From a virus (lineage: Duplodnaviria > Heunggongvirae > Uroviricota > Caudoviricetes), in the IMG/VR virus record IMGVR_UViG_2537562015_000010: 27,511 bases of DNA. One strand, given 5' to 3'. The notes under the pieces are model-generated. The model was not told the DNA's origin, searched no databases, and was given only the letters and a program-made list of their open reading frames with translations. Each line of letters begins with the position of its first letter. Position 1 is the stretch's first letter. The translations under genes and the position numbers were made by a program. Shown here in pieces: positions 17,906 through 26,072 of the stretch.

Positions 17906-18865
17906 TTACTCCTTGTCCATTGCGTACAGCCCATTAACCAGAGCAAACTGTGGCACCCCGTCCGCGATGAAAGTCGCATTAACTCCGCAGGCTTCGCGGA
18001 TAGCGGGTGCCACAATCTCCGCCCCGCCACCGACAACCATCACCCGTCCGTAACCCGAAAAACCCGCCAGCGCGCGGATCACGCGTTGTTTCAGTGTTTC
18101 TTCCTTTTCACGAATAACCGCCATCAGGCTGGCGTAATGCGCGTCATTGTGGATGTGCTGGCGCAGCCAGGCTTCATCATGGCGATGTTCGATAATGGTA
18201 TTGGCGATGTGGTGACTGGTGCGCATACCGTTAGTGGCCATCACCGACAGTACGGCATCGGCCATCAGAGAAACGCCTACGTGTGGATCGCAAAACACCT
18301 GGCTGATACCTGCCAGTTGCCCCTGAACCTTTGCCACATCCAGCGTGGTTCCGCCCAAATCCACAATCAGCAGGGATTCAAACGGACTCATGTCAGCCAG
18401 TGCCTTAAAGCCAGCCGGAATGGATTCAGGCATAACCCGCACGTTACGGATAGTGAATGCTTCGCCGTTCTGGTACTCCACCGGGCGCATGACGTTCGCT
18501 TTTTTGCGGTTGATGTTGGCCATGTCCGGCTGTGCGTTTGTGTCGAAATATTCGCTCAGTGGCAGGGTGACAACCACATCCACCTCCTGTGGTGTGATGC
18601 CTGATTTGACCAGCGCGTGATGAATGGCAATGACATTCACATCGCTGTACTGGTATTGCGTGTCGGTCGTCTGGACAAAGCGATCGCTGACCGGATCAAA
18701 ACCATAGCGCACGCCATCAAGCATGTAGTTCGCGGGCTGCGTGCCACCGAACGGCGCAGACCATTCCGACTTGAAGCTGTTCGGGCTGATGGCGTTGCGG
18801 CGTTCGCCGTTCTCAGTCCATGCCAGCTTGATGTTGGTGGAGCCGTCATCGATACAAATTTTCAT
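17906..18865 (-). CDS. parM: ParM/StbA-like actin-type segregation ATPase
   Basis: 319 aa; N-terminus MKICIDDGSTNIKLAW...ISPNSFK...YQYSDVNVIAIHHAL resembles R1 ParM (MLVFIDDGSTNIKLQW...); ATG at 18863-18865 with AAGGA upstream. Confidence 0.8.
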   Translation of the reverse strand: MKICIDDGSTNIKLAWTENGERRNAISPNSFKSEWSAPFGGTQPANYMLDGVRYGFDPVSDRFVQTTDTQYQYSDVNVIAIHHALVKSGITPQEVDVVVTLPLSEYFDTNAQPDMANINRKKANVMRPVEYQNGEAFTIRNVRVMPESIPAGFKALADMSPFESLLIVDLGGTTLDVAKVQGQLAGISQVFCDPHVGVSLMADAVLSVMATNGMRTSHHIANTIIEHRHDEAWLRQHIHNDAHYASLMAVIREKEETLKQRVIRALAGFSGYGRVMVVGGGAEIVAPAIREACGVNATFIADGVPQFALVNGLYAMDKE

Positions 18866-18894
18866 GTCGCTTTTCCTTATGTTGATTAATTAAT

Positions 18895-19005
18895 CGTTTA
18901 CGGGATTCTGAAATCCCGTTTTTGCCTGTTTTATGCGCGCTTCATATATCGCGGCGCGTTTTTTGCTCATTTACGGGATTTGTGAATCCCGTTTCTGTCT
19001 GTTTT
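18895..19005. repeat. Two 38-bp direct repeats, each containing the palindrome ACGGGATT-N4-AATCCCGT
   Basis: Repeat 1 at 18895-18932 (A-parM intergenic) and repeat 2 at 18968-19005 (inside the last codons of gpA); 31 of 38 positions identical; 73-bp period. Confidence 0.5.
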
Positions 19006-21782
19006 TTGTTTCCACTGGTCAGGCCACCCCGCAGCAGGTCTGCTTTGCGGCGGGCGCGTTCAGTGGTTTCACTGATTCTCTGTGCGTGCTCTGCGTCGCG
19101 GATGGCGCGCAGCATGTCAGAAAGCACGGTAACGGGGGTTTTCATGGTGTTCTGGTCTTGCTGAAGTGTGGATGCCAGGCGTGCGGCGGCTTCGGGGTCT
19201 GACGCCCCCAGCTGTTCCAGATAGCTGGCGACCGGGTTATGGCAGATCTCCGTGCTGCTTACGCCGTGGTTACGGCTCAGGCGCTGCCAGAGCTGCGTGA
19301 TCCGGCTGTCCGGTCGGGTATCCGGTTTGCGTACAATTTCAAATCCCTGCGGTGCAATGATGCTGCCGTCAACGTACAGACTGCCGCCCCGTAACAGGTG
19401 CTGCATCTGCTGTTCACCGATATGCAGGCCGAGAGATTCAGCAGACTCCCGCCATTCTTTAGCGAGTAATTCGTGGTTATCAGGCAAAGGCCGCGGCTGT
19501 TTGCGGCTCTGTGTCCAGTTCTGCATTTCATCACTGTTGTTTTTTGCCTGTTTGTCACGCAGCGAACGCATCAGCGCCCGGCGTTCGTGCCGTTTCAGTG
19601 AGCGCATCCATTCGTTCACTTCAACACCGTCAGGGATCTGCGGCCACGGTGCTGGCCGTTCTTCCGGCTGTTCTGTCCCGTTGTTGTCCGTTTCCTGTAC
19701 ACGGGGACAGTTATTGCCACGAGTCCAAGGGGCGGCAGGGCCGCCCTGAAGGTCAAAACCATTTTCGCGGGTGCTGTCTTCCGCTTCCGGTTTGCGTCTT
19801 ACCAGCTTCCAGTTATCCGGATGCGTGCACACACGGGAGGATTCCCCGATGAGTGGTGACCAGATCCCATAAATCTGTACGCTCTGTTCGCCGTAATCGT
19901 TCAGCTCTTCTGCGAGGTCGTAGGCGGTGCGAATCAGGTAGTCTTTGCGTGGAACAAGTACGCCACCCTGTTTCTCAATGTAGGTGGCAAAACATCCGGC
20001 ATCAGCGGCAGCGAGTACCGCATCCATTGCGTCATCCTTCAGCCGTTGCGGGCCTTCCGGGTTGCGTGCCATCTGGCTGGCAAGGCGGCGCAGTTCACGC
20101 CACACCTGACGGGAGGGGATACCAAAGAACTGGAACTGGCGGACCCGGTGAAGGCGCGCCCAGCCGATGGCGCGTTCCACGCTCTCGGCCATTGATTTTC
20201 CGGTTTCGTGGTCAACGCGTGGCTTGCCCGTTTTCGGGTCGATGCCATCCACGGCGCGGCTGTCCAGGTTCTTTCCGATGTAGGTGGCGATGTAGCTGGT
20301 TGGCGTGCCTTTTGAGCCGTCGACGTACTCCGCCTTAAAACGCGGAGTTATGTCATCGCCCAGCTCGTGGCGGTCTTCCTGAATGGCAATATCGCGGGTG
20401 TGGGACACGATGGTGTCGATTTCTTCCGGATGTGCAAAGACCATCATATGCCAGTGCACAGTGCCGTCATGGTGAGGCTCCACCGTGCGGATGCCATACC
20501 AGCGAAGACCGTCGCGGTTCAGTTTTTTGCGGACCGCCGCAAAAAACGTGTTAACCAGGTAATCGCTGGAGTCGCGCATGGTGGCCCCGTTCCATTTGGG
20601 ATTCGGATGGCCGTTCTCTGTTGTGGCGTGGTATTTTGACGGGCAGGTGACAGTCAGAAACACCGCTTTGTCGCCACGGGCTTCGGCCAGAAGTTCCAGT
20701 CCCTTCATGGTGGCCATCATTTCTGCCTTACGGTGAACCGGGTTACTTACTCCCGCGTAATACACCGTCTCGAGATCAATCGTGAACCCGTCTTCGTTTT
20801 CCAGCATGAAACTTTTCAGGAAATCGCGTGTTTTCTCGCGCTGTGCGCGAAACTCGCTTAACGCGTCCTGGCTCAGATAGGGTGATGTTTTTCTGGAAAC
20901 CAGACAGGCGGCGCGGAGTTGTTCTTCCCGCCACTCGCAACGTAACAGCCACAGTTTGCGCTTCCACCAGTCCGCACAGGTCAGGCGAAGGATTGCACCC
21001 GGCAGCAGCTCTGTGTCCGGTTCGTTCCTCCGGTCTTTGTCTGTTGTCAGTACGTCATAATGCGGAGGCATGGCGTGCAGGTGTAACGCCATGCGGGCCA
21101 GCATCTGATACGCCTTCAGGGTTACATCCATGGTCAGCTCGCCATCGGTCGCGCCAAAGCCGTCGCAGAGTTTTTCGAAGGTGCTGCTGAACATTGCCGC
21201 CGTCATGGTGGCCAGCGTCTGTATCTGGCGCTTGTTAAGCTGCGGCAGGTAAAGCAAATCGTCCAGGCGTTCGCGTCCGGCAAGGGCGCGATAACCCGGT
21301 GTCAGCCAGCGGCTGTCGGTGCGCTCCAGACGTTCGAATATTTTGCGCAGGGTTCCGCGCGCGTAGCGTTCAGCCTGCCAGCTCTTTTTGCCTTTCTGGC
21401 GATCGGCTTCCTGTTTTTTGCGCAGGAAAGAGAGGTGGCGGCTCAGTGGTTCACGCAGATAAACAGGTAGTGCCTTTAGTGTGGCAAAGGCACGGGCTAC
21501 TGGGTCTTGTTCTGTTGCCCGGCGCTTACTGATGATGCTCTGTGTCAGCTTTTCACGCTGTCCGGCTTCCTCAAGGGATGCCATGAGTTTTTTACCCATG
21601 GCGGATTGTGCGAAAAAGGCTTCTTCCTTCGCTTCCTGTTCTTCCTGTGCCCTTTTGTCTGCCTCAAGGTAGTAACGGATGGCGCGTTGCAGGTCGGTTT
21701 CAGTTTCCTGCCTGCGCTCCGTAAATCTGGCCGGATCAATGGCTGGCCGTGGTTCATTCCAGCTCCATGCAAACTCGCTCAT
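18942..21782 (-). CDS. A: Replication initiator (rolling-circle nickase), P2 gpA-like
   Basis: RTVEPHHDGTVHWHMMVF (HUH motif) and SYIATYIGKN match P2 gpA; preferred start is ATG 21780-21782 in an ATGA overlap with the upstream ORF (the ORF track begins at GTG 21809); about 946 aa, longer than P2 gpA at both ends. Confidence 0.85.
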   Translation of the reverse strand: MSEFAWSWNEPRPAIDPARFTERRQETETDLQRAIRYYLEADKRAQEEQEAKEEAFFAQSAMGKKLMASLEEAGQREKLTQSIISKRRATEQDPVARAFATLKALPVYLREPLSRHLSFLRKKQEADRQKGKKSWQAERYARGTLRKIFERLERTDSRWLTPGYRALAGRERLDDLLYLPQLNKRQIQTLATMTAAMFSSTFEKLCDGFGATDGELTMDVTLKAYQMLARMALHLHAMPPHYDVLTTDKDRRNEPDTELLPGAILRLTCADWWKRKLWLLRCEWREEQLRAACLVSRKTSPYLSQDALSEFRAQREKTRDFLKSFMLENEDGFTIDLETVYYAGVSNPVHRKAEMMATMKGLELLAEARGDKAVFLTVTCPSKYHATTENGHPNPKWNGATMRDSSDYLVNTFFAAVRKKLNRDGLRWYGIRTVEPHHDGTVHWHMMVFAHPEEIDTIVSHTRDIAIQEDRHELGDDITPRFKAEYVDGSKGTPTSYIATYIGKNLDSRAVDGIDPKTGKPRVDHETGKSMAESVERAIGWARLHRVRQFQFFGIPSRQVWRELRRLASQMARNPEGPQRLKDDAMDAVLAAADAGCFATYIEKQGGVLVPRKDYLIRTAYDLAEELNDYGEQSVQIYGIWSPLIGESSRVCTHPDNWKLVRRKPEAEDSTRENGFDLQGGPAAPWTRGNNCPRVQETDNNGTEQPEERPAPWPQIPDGVEVNEWMRSLKRHERRALMRSLRDKQAKNNSDEMQNWTQSRKQPRPLPDNHELLAKEWRESAESLGLHIGEQQMQHLLRGGSLYVDGSIIAPQGFEIVRKPDTRPDSRITQLWQRLSRNHGVSSTEICHNPVASYLEQLGASDPEAAARLASTLQQDQNTMKTPVTVLSDMLRAIRDAEHAQRISETTERARRKADLLRGGLTSGNKKQTETGFTNPVNEQKTRRDI

Positions 21783-22168
21783 GGCTGGTATCCCGTCACG
21801 CGCTGCCACTCCTGCGAGAAGATGGCGGAAAGGCGGTTAAATTCAGCGGTGTATTCACTCAGCGAGGCACACCCGCCAGCAGTGCGATGCGCCAGCATTG
21901 CCGCGAATACGGAGGCCGGGGAGTCGTAATACGCCAGCAGTGATTCGCCGTGTGGTGTCAGGCAGTGCAACGCCAGCCCGTGTGGTGTGAAGTCCACGCG
22001 GTAGCAGTCGTCTACTGTGAAATAAAGGGTGTCCACATTCTCCGGTTTTGTAGTGCGTGCTCTGTTGTCACGACCACGGATATAAAGATCAAATAATCCC
22101 TGAAGAACGGGAGCCAGACGGGTGTCCTGTGTGCGCACCCATCTTGTGAAGTCATGAGCGTCAATCAT
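21779..22168 (-). CDS. Hypothetical early protein
   Basis: ORF coupled to gpA by an ATGA overlap; first ATG at 22166-22168 (the ORF track begins at TTG 22198); no recognisable motif. Confidence 0.4.
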   Translation of the reverse strand: MIDAHDFTRWVRTQDTRLAPVLQGLFDLYIRGRDNRARTTKPENVDTLYFTVDDCYRVDFTPHGLALHCLTPHGESLLAYYDSPASVFAAMLAHRTAGGCASLSEYTAEFNRLSAIFSQEWQRVTGYQP

Positions 22169-22240
22169 GCTGCAATTCTCTTTACTACAGATGTGCAAAG
22201 GCCTCCCGCCGCAAGGTGCAGGAAAGGCCCGGAACAGGAA

Positions 22241-22471
22241 TTAATGGAGTTTGTTTTGCTGCTGGATGAGCTGCTGAAGCTCGCGCAGATCATCCGCCAG
22301 ATAGCTGAAAACAGCGGATGAATAGAGGTTTGAAAGTTCGCAGCTACGCTCATGCAGCATATTGATGTGCATGATTTTAGCGACGCGGAATGCGCGGGAA
22401 AGTCTGCGGTTGATTTCAGTCTGGATGTGACGACGCTCCGCGATAGCGCGGTGCTGTTTGCGGTTTGCCAT
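22241..22471 (-). CDS. Hypothetical 76-aa basic protein
   Basis: ATG at 22469-22471 with AAGAGG upstream; arginine-rich N-terminus; a single Cys, so not an Ogr-type zinc finger. Confidence 0.4.
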   Translation of the reverse strand: MANRKQHRAIAERRHIQTEINRRLSRAFRVAKIMHINMLHERSCELSNLYSSAVFSYLADDLRELQQLIQQQNKLH

Positions 22472-22838
22472 GATATGTGGCCTCTTGTAGTAAGTTGTGA
22501 AAACTCACCATCCAGAGGTTCCAAGCTCGGGGTGGTGAGACGTACAGGGTTGGAACTACCGGCTACAAGAGATCCCGGCCCGACCGAAATCGGCCCCGTA
22601 CGCCCCACCATAATTCGTGTGCGAAAAAGACGTGGCAATACAGTACGCACAAAAAAACCGCTGGCGCGGTTGTGCGCTCTTGTAGTCTGCGGGGTTCCAA
22701 TCCCGGCACCCGTTTTATGAGGTGCAGCGAAAATGTAACCTGACTGATTGCGGCATGGCAAGCGGTTTTTTTGTGAGAACGGCATACTAAAAAATCCTGA
22801 TACTGCTCCGGCCAGCGGTTTTCACTGGCCGGGTTTAA
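22472..22838 (-). promoter_or_regulatory. Structured non-coding leader with repeated CTCTTGTAG motifs and terminator-like hairpins
   Basis: CTCTTGTAG at 22483-22491 and 22677-22685 with its reverse complement at 22563-22571; GGTTCCAA / TTGGAAC pairing inside; minus-strand hairpin plus U7 at about 22650-22672; strong hairpin at about 22810-22835. Confidence 0.35.
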
Positions 22839-23669
22839 TTACTTCACCGGAACAAACGGAACAGCGGTGTTACTGGTCATGTATTGCGGTAGCGTGCCGT
22901 TCCATTTGTTAATCGCTTCCAGCTCCATAACGCCGGGATTCTGGCGCAGAGCTTCACCGCGTAAACGAATGGCGTCGGCTTCAGCCTGGGCTTTTGTGCG
23001 AATGGCATCGGCCTGTCCGGCTGCTTCTGCGCGTAGCATGTTGGCTTCTGCTTCACGCTGCTTGACTTCCTGTTCGCGTTGCAGGGTTTTCTGGTTTGCC
23101 GTGACTTTGGCATTAATGCTGTCGATAACGGTTGGCGGGTATTCCGGCTTACCCACATAAGAGAGGCTCATTACCTGAATGCCGATAGGTGTCATTTCTG
23201 CCTGAATGTCTTTAAGTGCTGAATCCAGCAGTTCAGACTTGCCACCGTCGATAAATTTATCGGTGGTCATTTTGCTGGCCAGTCGGTTGAGTGCGTCGGC
23301 GATCTTCTGGCGCAGGTCAGTGTCGGTAATGTCATCCACGCCTTTGCGGTAGGTCTGAAACACTGTAGTAACTTTGGATGGATCAACCTTGTAGGCCACA
23401 CCGATGTGATAGCCGATGGTTGTGCCGTCACTCATCTGAAAGCTGAACGGCTCATCGTAGGTCTTCATTTGTTTGAAGGTCGGGAAGATGTAAACCTCGG
23501 TATTCCAGCCAGTCCAGTAGCGACCAACGCCAACCACTTCGCCAACGCCTTTGTCGTCGCCCAGCTTGTTGACTTTGATGCCCACATTACCTGGCTCAAC
23601 GCGATCGCAGCCAACCAGCAGGATGGCGGCAAAAAGCGGGAGAATCTGAAAGAGTCTGAATTTCTTCAT
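22839..23669 (-). CDS. SPFH/band-7 (prohibitin/HflC-like) lipoprotein
   Basis: 276 aa; signal peptide with lipobox LLVGC; central SPFH-like region and a C-terminal Ala/Glu/Arg-rich coiled coil (QREAEANMLRAEAAGQADAIRTKAQAEADAIRLRGEA). Confidence 0.7.
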   Translation of the reverse strand: MKKFRLFQILPLFAAILLVGCDRVEPGNVGIKVNKLGDDKGVGEVVGVGRYWTGWNTEVYIFPTFKQMKTYDEPFSFQMSDGTTIGYHIGVAYKVDPSKVTTVFQTYRKGVDDITDTDLRQKIADALNRLASKMTTDKFIDGGKSELLDSALKDIQAEMTPIGIQVMSLSYVGKPEYPPTVIDSINAKVTANQKTLQREQEVKQREAEANMLRAEAAGQADAIRTKAQAEADAIRLRGEALRQNPGVMELEAINKWNGTLPQYMTSNTAVPFVPVK

Positions 23670-23869
23670 TGTTTAATTTCCTTGATGTACTTACTGAAAA
23701 GGCGAACAACGCCTGCCGGGTACAGCATGGCAATGAAAATGCCCAGCAATACCAGGAAGGAGCTGTCTGATGAAATCATTCGGGGGAGTAGTCCTGCATA
23801 CAGAATGAGAGAAACGAGGACGCATACCAGCGCCCACATGTATGCGCGAAACCAGGTCTTTTTGTTCAT
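23666..23869 (-). CDS. Small two-transmembrane protein coupled to the SPFH lipoprotein
   Basis: 67 aa, two hydrophobic helices (WALVCVLVSLILYAGLL, FLVLLGIFIAMLYPAGVV); ATG at 23867-23869 with AAGGA upstream; 4-nt overlap with the SPFH gene start. Confidence 0.5.
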   Translation of the reverse strand: MNKKTWFRAYMWALVCVLVSLILYAGLLPRMISSDSSFLVLLGIFIAMLYPAGVVRLFSKYIKEIKQ

Positions 23870-23880
23870 ATCGCGGTCCT

Positions 23881-24180
23881 TTACTGGTTAAGGAAGAAAT
23901 CAAAAACCTTGTCGATGCGTTGCAGTAGCTCTCGTTGCATTGCTTCCGGCGTTTCTGGTTCACCAAGCGAACCCAGTGGTGCGCAGAAATCAGCGATTTC
24001 ATGATGGAGCGCCAGGCGAATGGCTGGAGACATGGTTCTGGCGTGCTCCAGCTCATCCAGCAGTGCCAGCACGGCAGACGGCGAGAGCATTGCGCGAAAC
24101 GCCAGTAATTTTTGATGCGTTGCCATTCGTTGCAGGTCAATCGCCAGTTCGCGTAATTCCTGATGGTTGATGGCGCTCAT
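23881..24180 (-). CDS. Hypothetical early protein (99 aa)
   Basis: ATG at 24178-24180 in an ATGA overlap with the upstream gene; no recognisable motif. Confidence 0.4.
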   Translation of the reverse strand: MSAINHQELRELAIDLQRMATHQKLLAFRAMLSPSAVLALLDELEHARTMSPAIRLALHHEIADFCAPLGSLGEPETPEAMQRELLQRIDKVFDFFLNQ

Positions 24181-24422
24181 GCTCTGGCTTCCTTCAGTAG
24201 CTGGTTAAACATGTTGGTAAGTGGATTGCCGCACCCGAACGGCATCGGGTTTATCTGGTAAGAAAAGCGACCGCCTGTTTTGCGCTCTTTTCTTATGACT
24301 GAACCGCTGCGCCAGAGTCGGCGTAACTCCGCATTAATGGCTGTGGTTGGGGTATTCAGTGCTGCGGCGATTTCTCCACCGCTACACCCCGGATTGGCGG
24401 CGATATAGTCCAGAATGGTCAT
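24177..24422 (-). CDS. Hypothetical early protein (81 aa), possible winged-helix DNA-binding protein
   Basis: ATG at 24420-24422 in an ATGA overlap; the segment GCSGGEIAAALNTPTTAINAELRRLWRSGSVIR looks like a helix-turn-helix. Confidence 0.4.
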   Translation of the reverse strand: MTILDYIAANPGCSGGEIAAALNTPTTAINAELRRLWRSGSVIRKERKTGGRFSYQINPMPFGCGNPLTNMFNQLLKEARA

Positions 24423-24622
24423 CTGCGTGACTCCTGTACCTGTCGGATAAGGTTCACCCGCACCACATTCGTGGCGCAGAAGTAAGTGCCGTCAGTGAGA
24501 TAGATGTGATGTGCATCCTTTTCTGAACGGTGTTTGTCGATTGTGGTAATCAGGCGTTCGTCGACTTCGTATTCACGTCCTCTGGAGGTAAAACGAACGA
24601 CAGGAAAATGCTTAATTGCCAT
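24419..24622 (-). CDS. Hypothetical early protein (67 aa)
   Basis: ATG at 24620-24622 preceded by AAGGAGG. Confidence 0.45.
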   Translation of the reverse strand: MAIKHFPVVRFTSRGREYEVDERLITTIDKHRSEKDAHHIYLTDGTYFCATNVVRVNLIRQVQESRR

Positions 24623-24708
24623 TACGCCTCCTTGGCGTGTGCGAATACCTCCGCGAATGCGGATTGTTTTTACATTTTCTTATTTAACCTGTGGTTTTAT
24701 TTGCTCTG

Positions 24709-24822
24709 TTATTCACCAGTGAAAAAGCGTTCAATCTTTTTTACTGAATGAATAATTCGCATAATCCCAATGGCGCAGGCCACCGAAATAATCAGAACAA
24801 GCCATGAGATAAATATACTCAT
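24709..24822 (-). CDS. Unannotated 37-aa hydrophobic peptide MSIFISWLVLIISVACAIGIMRIIHSVKKIERFFTGE
   Basis: Hand-translated; ATG at 24820-24822 forms an ATGA overlap with the stop of the upstream 80-aa gene; one predicted transmembrane helix and a basic tail; below the ORF-track size cutoff. Confidence 0.35.
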   Translation of the reverse strand: MSIFISWLVLIISVACAIGIMRIIHSVKKIERFFTGE

Positions 24823-25061
24823 GCAATATTCCCCAGCTTATACGGTTCAATATGTTCCCCGCATTCTGCGGCACAGATCAGCTCGGAAAGTTCGTTAAGT
24901 GCATCCAGATCATCAGCGTAAAAAGCCACGTCATACAGACTCCGGATTGCCCTGGTCAATGAGTCACGGGCTGCACGTTCAGCATGAGCGCCTGATGCAC
25001 TTAAGCGAAAATAAAAACGCTCAAGTGCTTTGTTAATGAGAGTTTTATATTCTTTGCCCAT
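24819..25061 (-). CDS. Hypothetical early protein (80 aa)
   Basis: ATG at 25059-25061; fits the operon spacing. Confidence 0.4.
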   Translation of the reverse strand: MGKEYKTLINKALERFYFRLSASGAHAERAARDSLTRAIRSLYDVAFYADDLDALNELSELICAAECGEHIEPYKLGNIA

Positions 25062-25072
25062 CGCAACGCCCT

Positions 25073-25360
25073 TTAATCTGCTTTCTGAATTTCAGTTTCT
25101 GAATCCATACAAATAATTTCGATATAGGGTTCATCGCCATTAACCTGGCGTGCCTTTTCAGCTTCGCTAATGATTTCTCGTACGGTCTGGTACGGAAGTT
25201 CCACAAGCAGTCGCGTGCCGTTCAGATAAACGTAAGTGGCTTCGTCGACTACGTTTTTACCCGCCGGAGCCACTCCATCAATAGCGGATGCGCGTAATAA
25301 CAGTTCACCGCGAAAATCAATAAAACGGATAAATACACCTTGTGCATGCTCTTTGGTCAT
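25073..25360 (-). CDS. Hypothetical early protein (95 aa)
   Basis: ATG at 25358-25360 (MTKEHAQGV...) with AGGTG upstream, 10 nt after the preceding stop; the ORF-track N-terminal extension is rejected. Confidence 0.4.
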   Translation of the reverse strand: MTKEHAQGVFIRFIDFRGELLLRASAIDGVAPAGKNVVDEATYVYLNGTRLLVELPYQTVREIISEAEKARQVNGDEPYIEIICMDSETEIQKAD

Positions 25361-25370
25361 AAAGCACCTG

Positions 25371-25712
25371 TTATAAATCAGCCTGTTTAATAAAACTTTG
25401 TCCGCGAAGCAGACGATCAACCGTGCGTAGTGCTTCGTATAATGTGAAATCCTGCCCGAACTGATTGTCGCCGCAGCTCAATGCAAAAATGCGGTTTCCG
25501 GTAAACGGATTGCGTGGGCATTTGTGAACCACGATTCCAGCTTTCTCAATCAGCCAGGCATGCTCGCCGATTTGTTTTACTGGGTGGCCATCCGGCGTTG
25601 CGTGTGTATCACTCAGGCTGTAGCGGATGTTGCTGCGTGATGCACTGGTAGCGAAACGGTTAGCCTGGCGTTCAGCCCCATTACGAAAGCGTGAATTACG
25701 TTGCTGTTTCAT
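25371..25712 (-). CDS. Hypothetical early protein (113 aa)
   Basis: ATG at 25710-25712 with GGGAG upstream; first gene after cox. Confidence 0.4.
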   Translation of the reverse strand: MKQQRNSRFRNGAERQANRFATSASRSNIRYSLSDTHATPDGHPVKQIGEHAWLIEKAGIVVHKCPRNPFTGNRIFALSCGDNQFGQDFTLYEALRTVDRLLRGQSFIKQADL

Positions 25713-25730
25713 ATCAAAACTCCCTGCATC

Positions 25731-26057
25731 TCATGCAGCAAAATTAAGAAAGCCTAATCCCAAATCTTCCGCCAGCTTCTTAGCTTTATTAAGCCAGTGG
25801 TTGCGCCAATCTTTACGCTCAGGAGGAAGCTGTTTCGTTGCGTCATAGACCATTTCGAGCCACTCGTTCCATAAGATGAGGAGGCGGCGTGAACTTCCTT
25901 CCTCGCCTAAAACTTCACGCTCAGTAGCCAGAGGGATGAGCCGACGTTCCACCAACTTTCTTACGGCAGATTCGGTCTTGCCCGTGCGGCGGGCAAATTC
26001 ATCGACGGTGATGGGGTCTGGGATCTTAAACAATGCCCTCAATAGTTCTTCATTCAT
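25731..26057 (-). CDS. cox: Cox-like excisionase / early-operon repressor
   Basis: From ATG 26055-26057 (GGGAG 8 nt upstream) the product MNEELLRALFKIPDPITVDEFARRTGKTESAVRKLVERRLIPL resembles P2 Cox (AIPYQEFAKLIGKSTGAVRRMIDKGKLPV); divergent from C. Confidence 0.6.
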   Translation of the reverse strand: MNEELLRALFKIPDPITVDEFARRTGKTESAVRKLVERRLIPLATEREVLGEEGSSRRLLILWNEWLEMVYDATKQLPPERKDWRNHWLNKAKKLAEDLGLGFLNFAA

Positions 26058-26072
26058 GTGATAATCTCCCTG

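Noticed and set aside
17902-18036. N-terminal 45-codon extension of the ParR-like ORF overlapping the parM 3' end
   Set aside because: An internal ATG at 17901 has an AAGGAG site and sits 5 nt after the parM stop, and the homology to ParR begins there; the extension would overlap parM by 130 nt.
21783-21809. GTG 21809 as the gpA start (955-aa form)
   Set aside because: ATG 21782 forms an ATGA overlap with the upstream gene stop, the pattern used throughout this operon; the 9 extra codons have no support.
22241-22471. 76-aa ORF as an Ogr/Delta-type late activator
   Set aside because: Ogr proteins have a four-cysteine zinc finger; this protein has one Cys, and in P2 ogr lies at the other end of the genome.
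22690-22715. tRNA- or tmRNA-like T-arm sequence (GGGGTTCCAATCCCGG), considered as a tRNA gene or an att-site relic
   Set aside because: No complementary acceptor stem, no D or anticodon arms, no CCA context, a pyrimidine where the T-loop needs a purine, and the site is 4 kb from the integrase; treated as part of the structured leader.
22472-22838. Retron msr/msd non-coding RNA
   Set aside because: Retrons are known P2/P4 cargo, but no reverse transcriptase ORF is present anywhere in the window.
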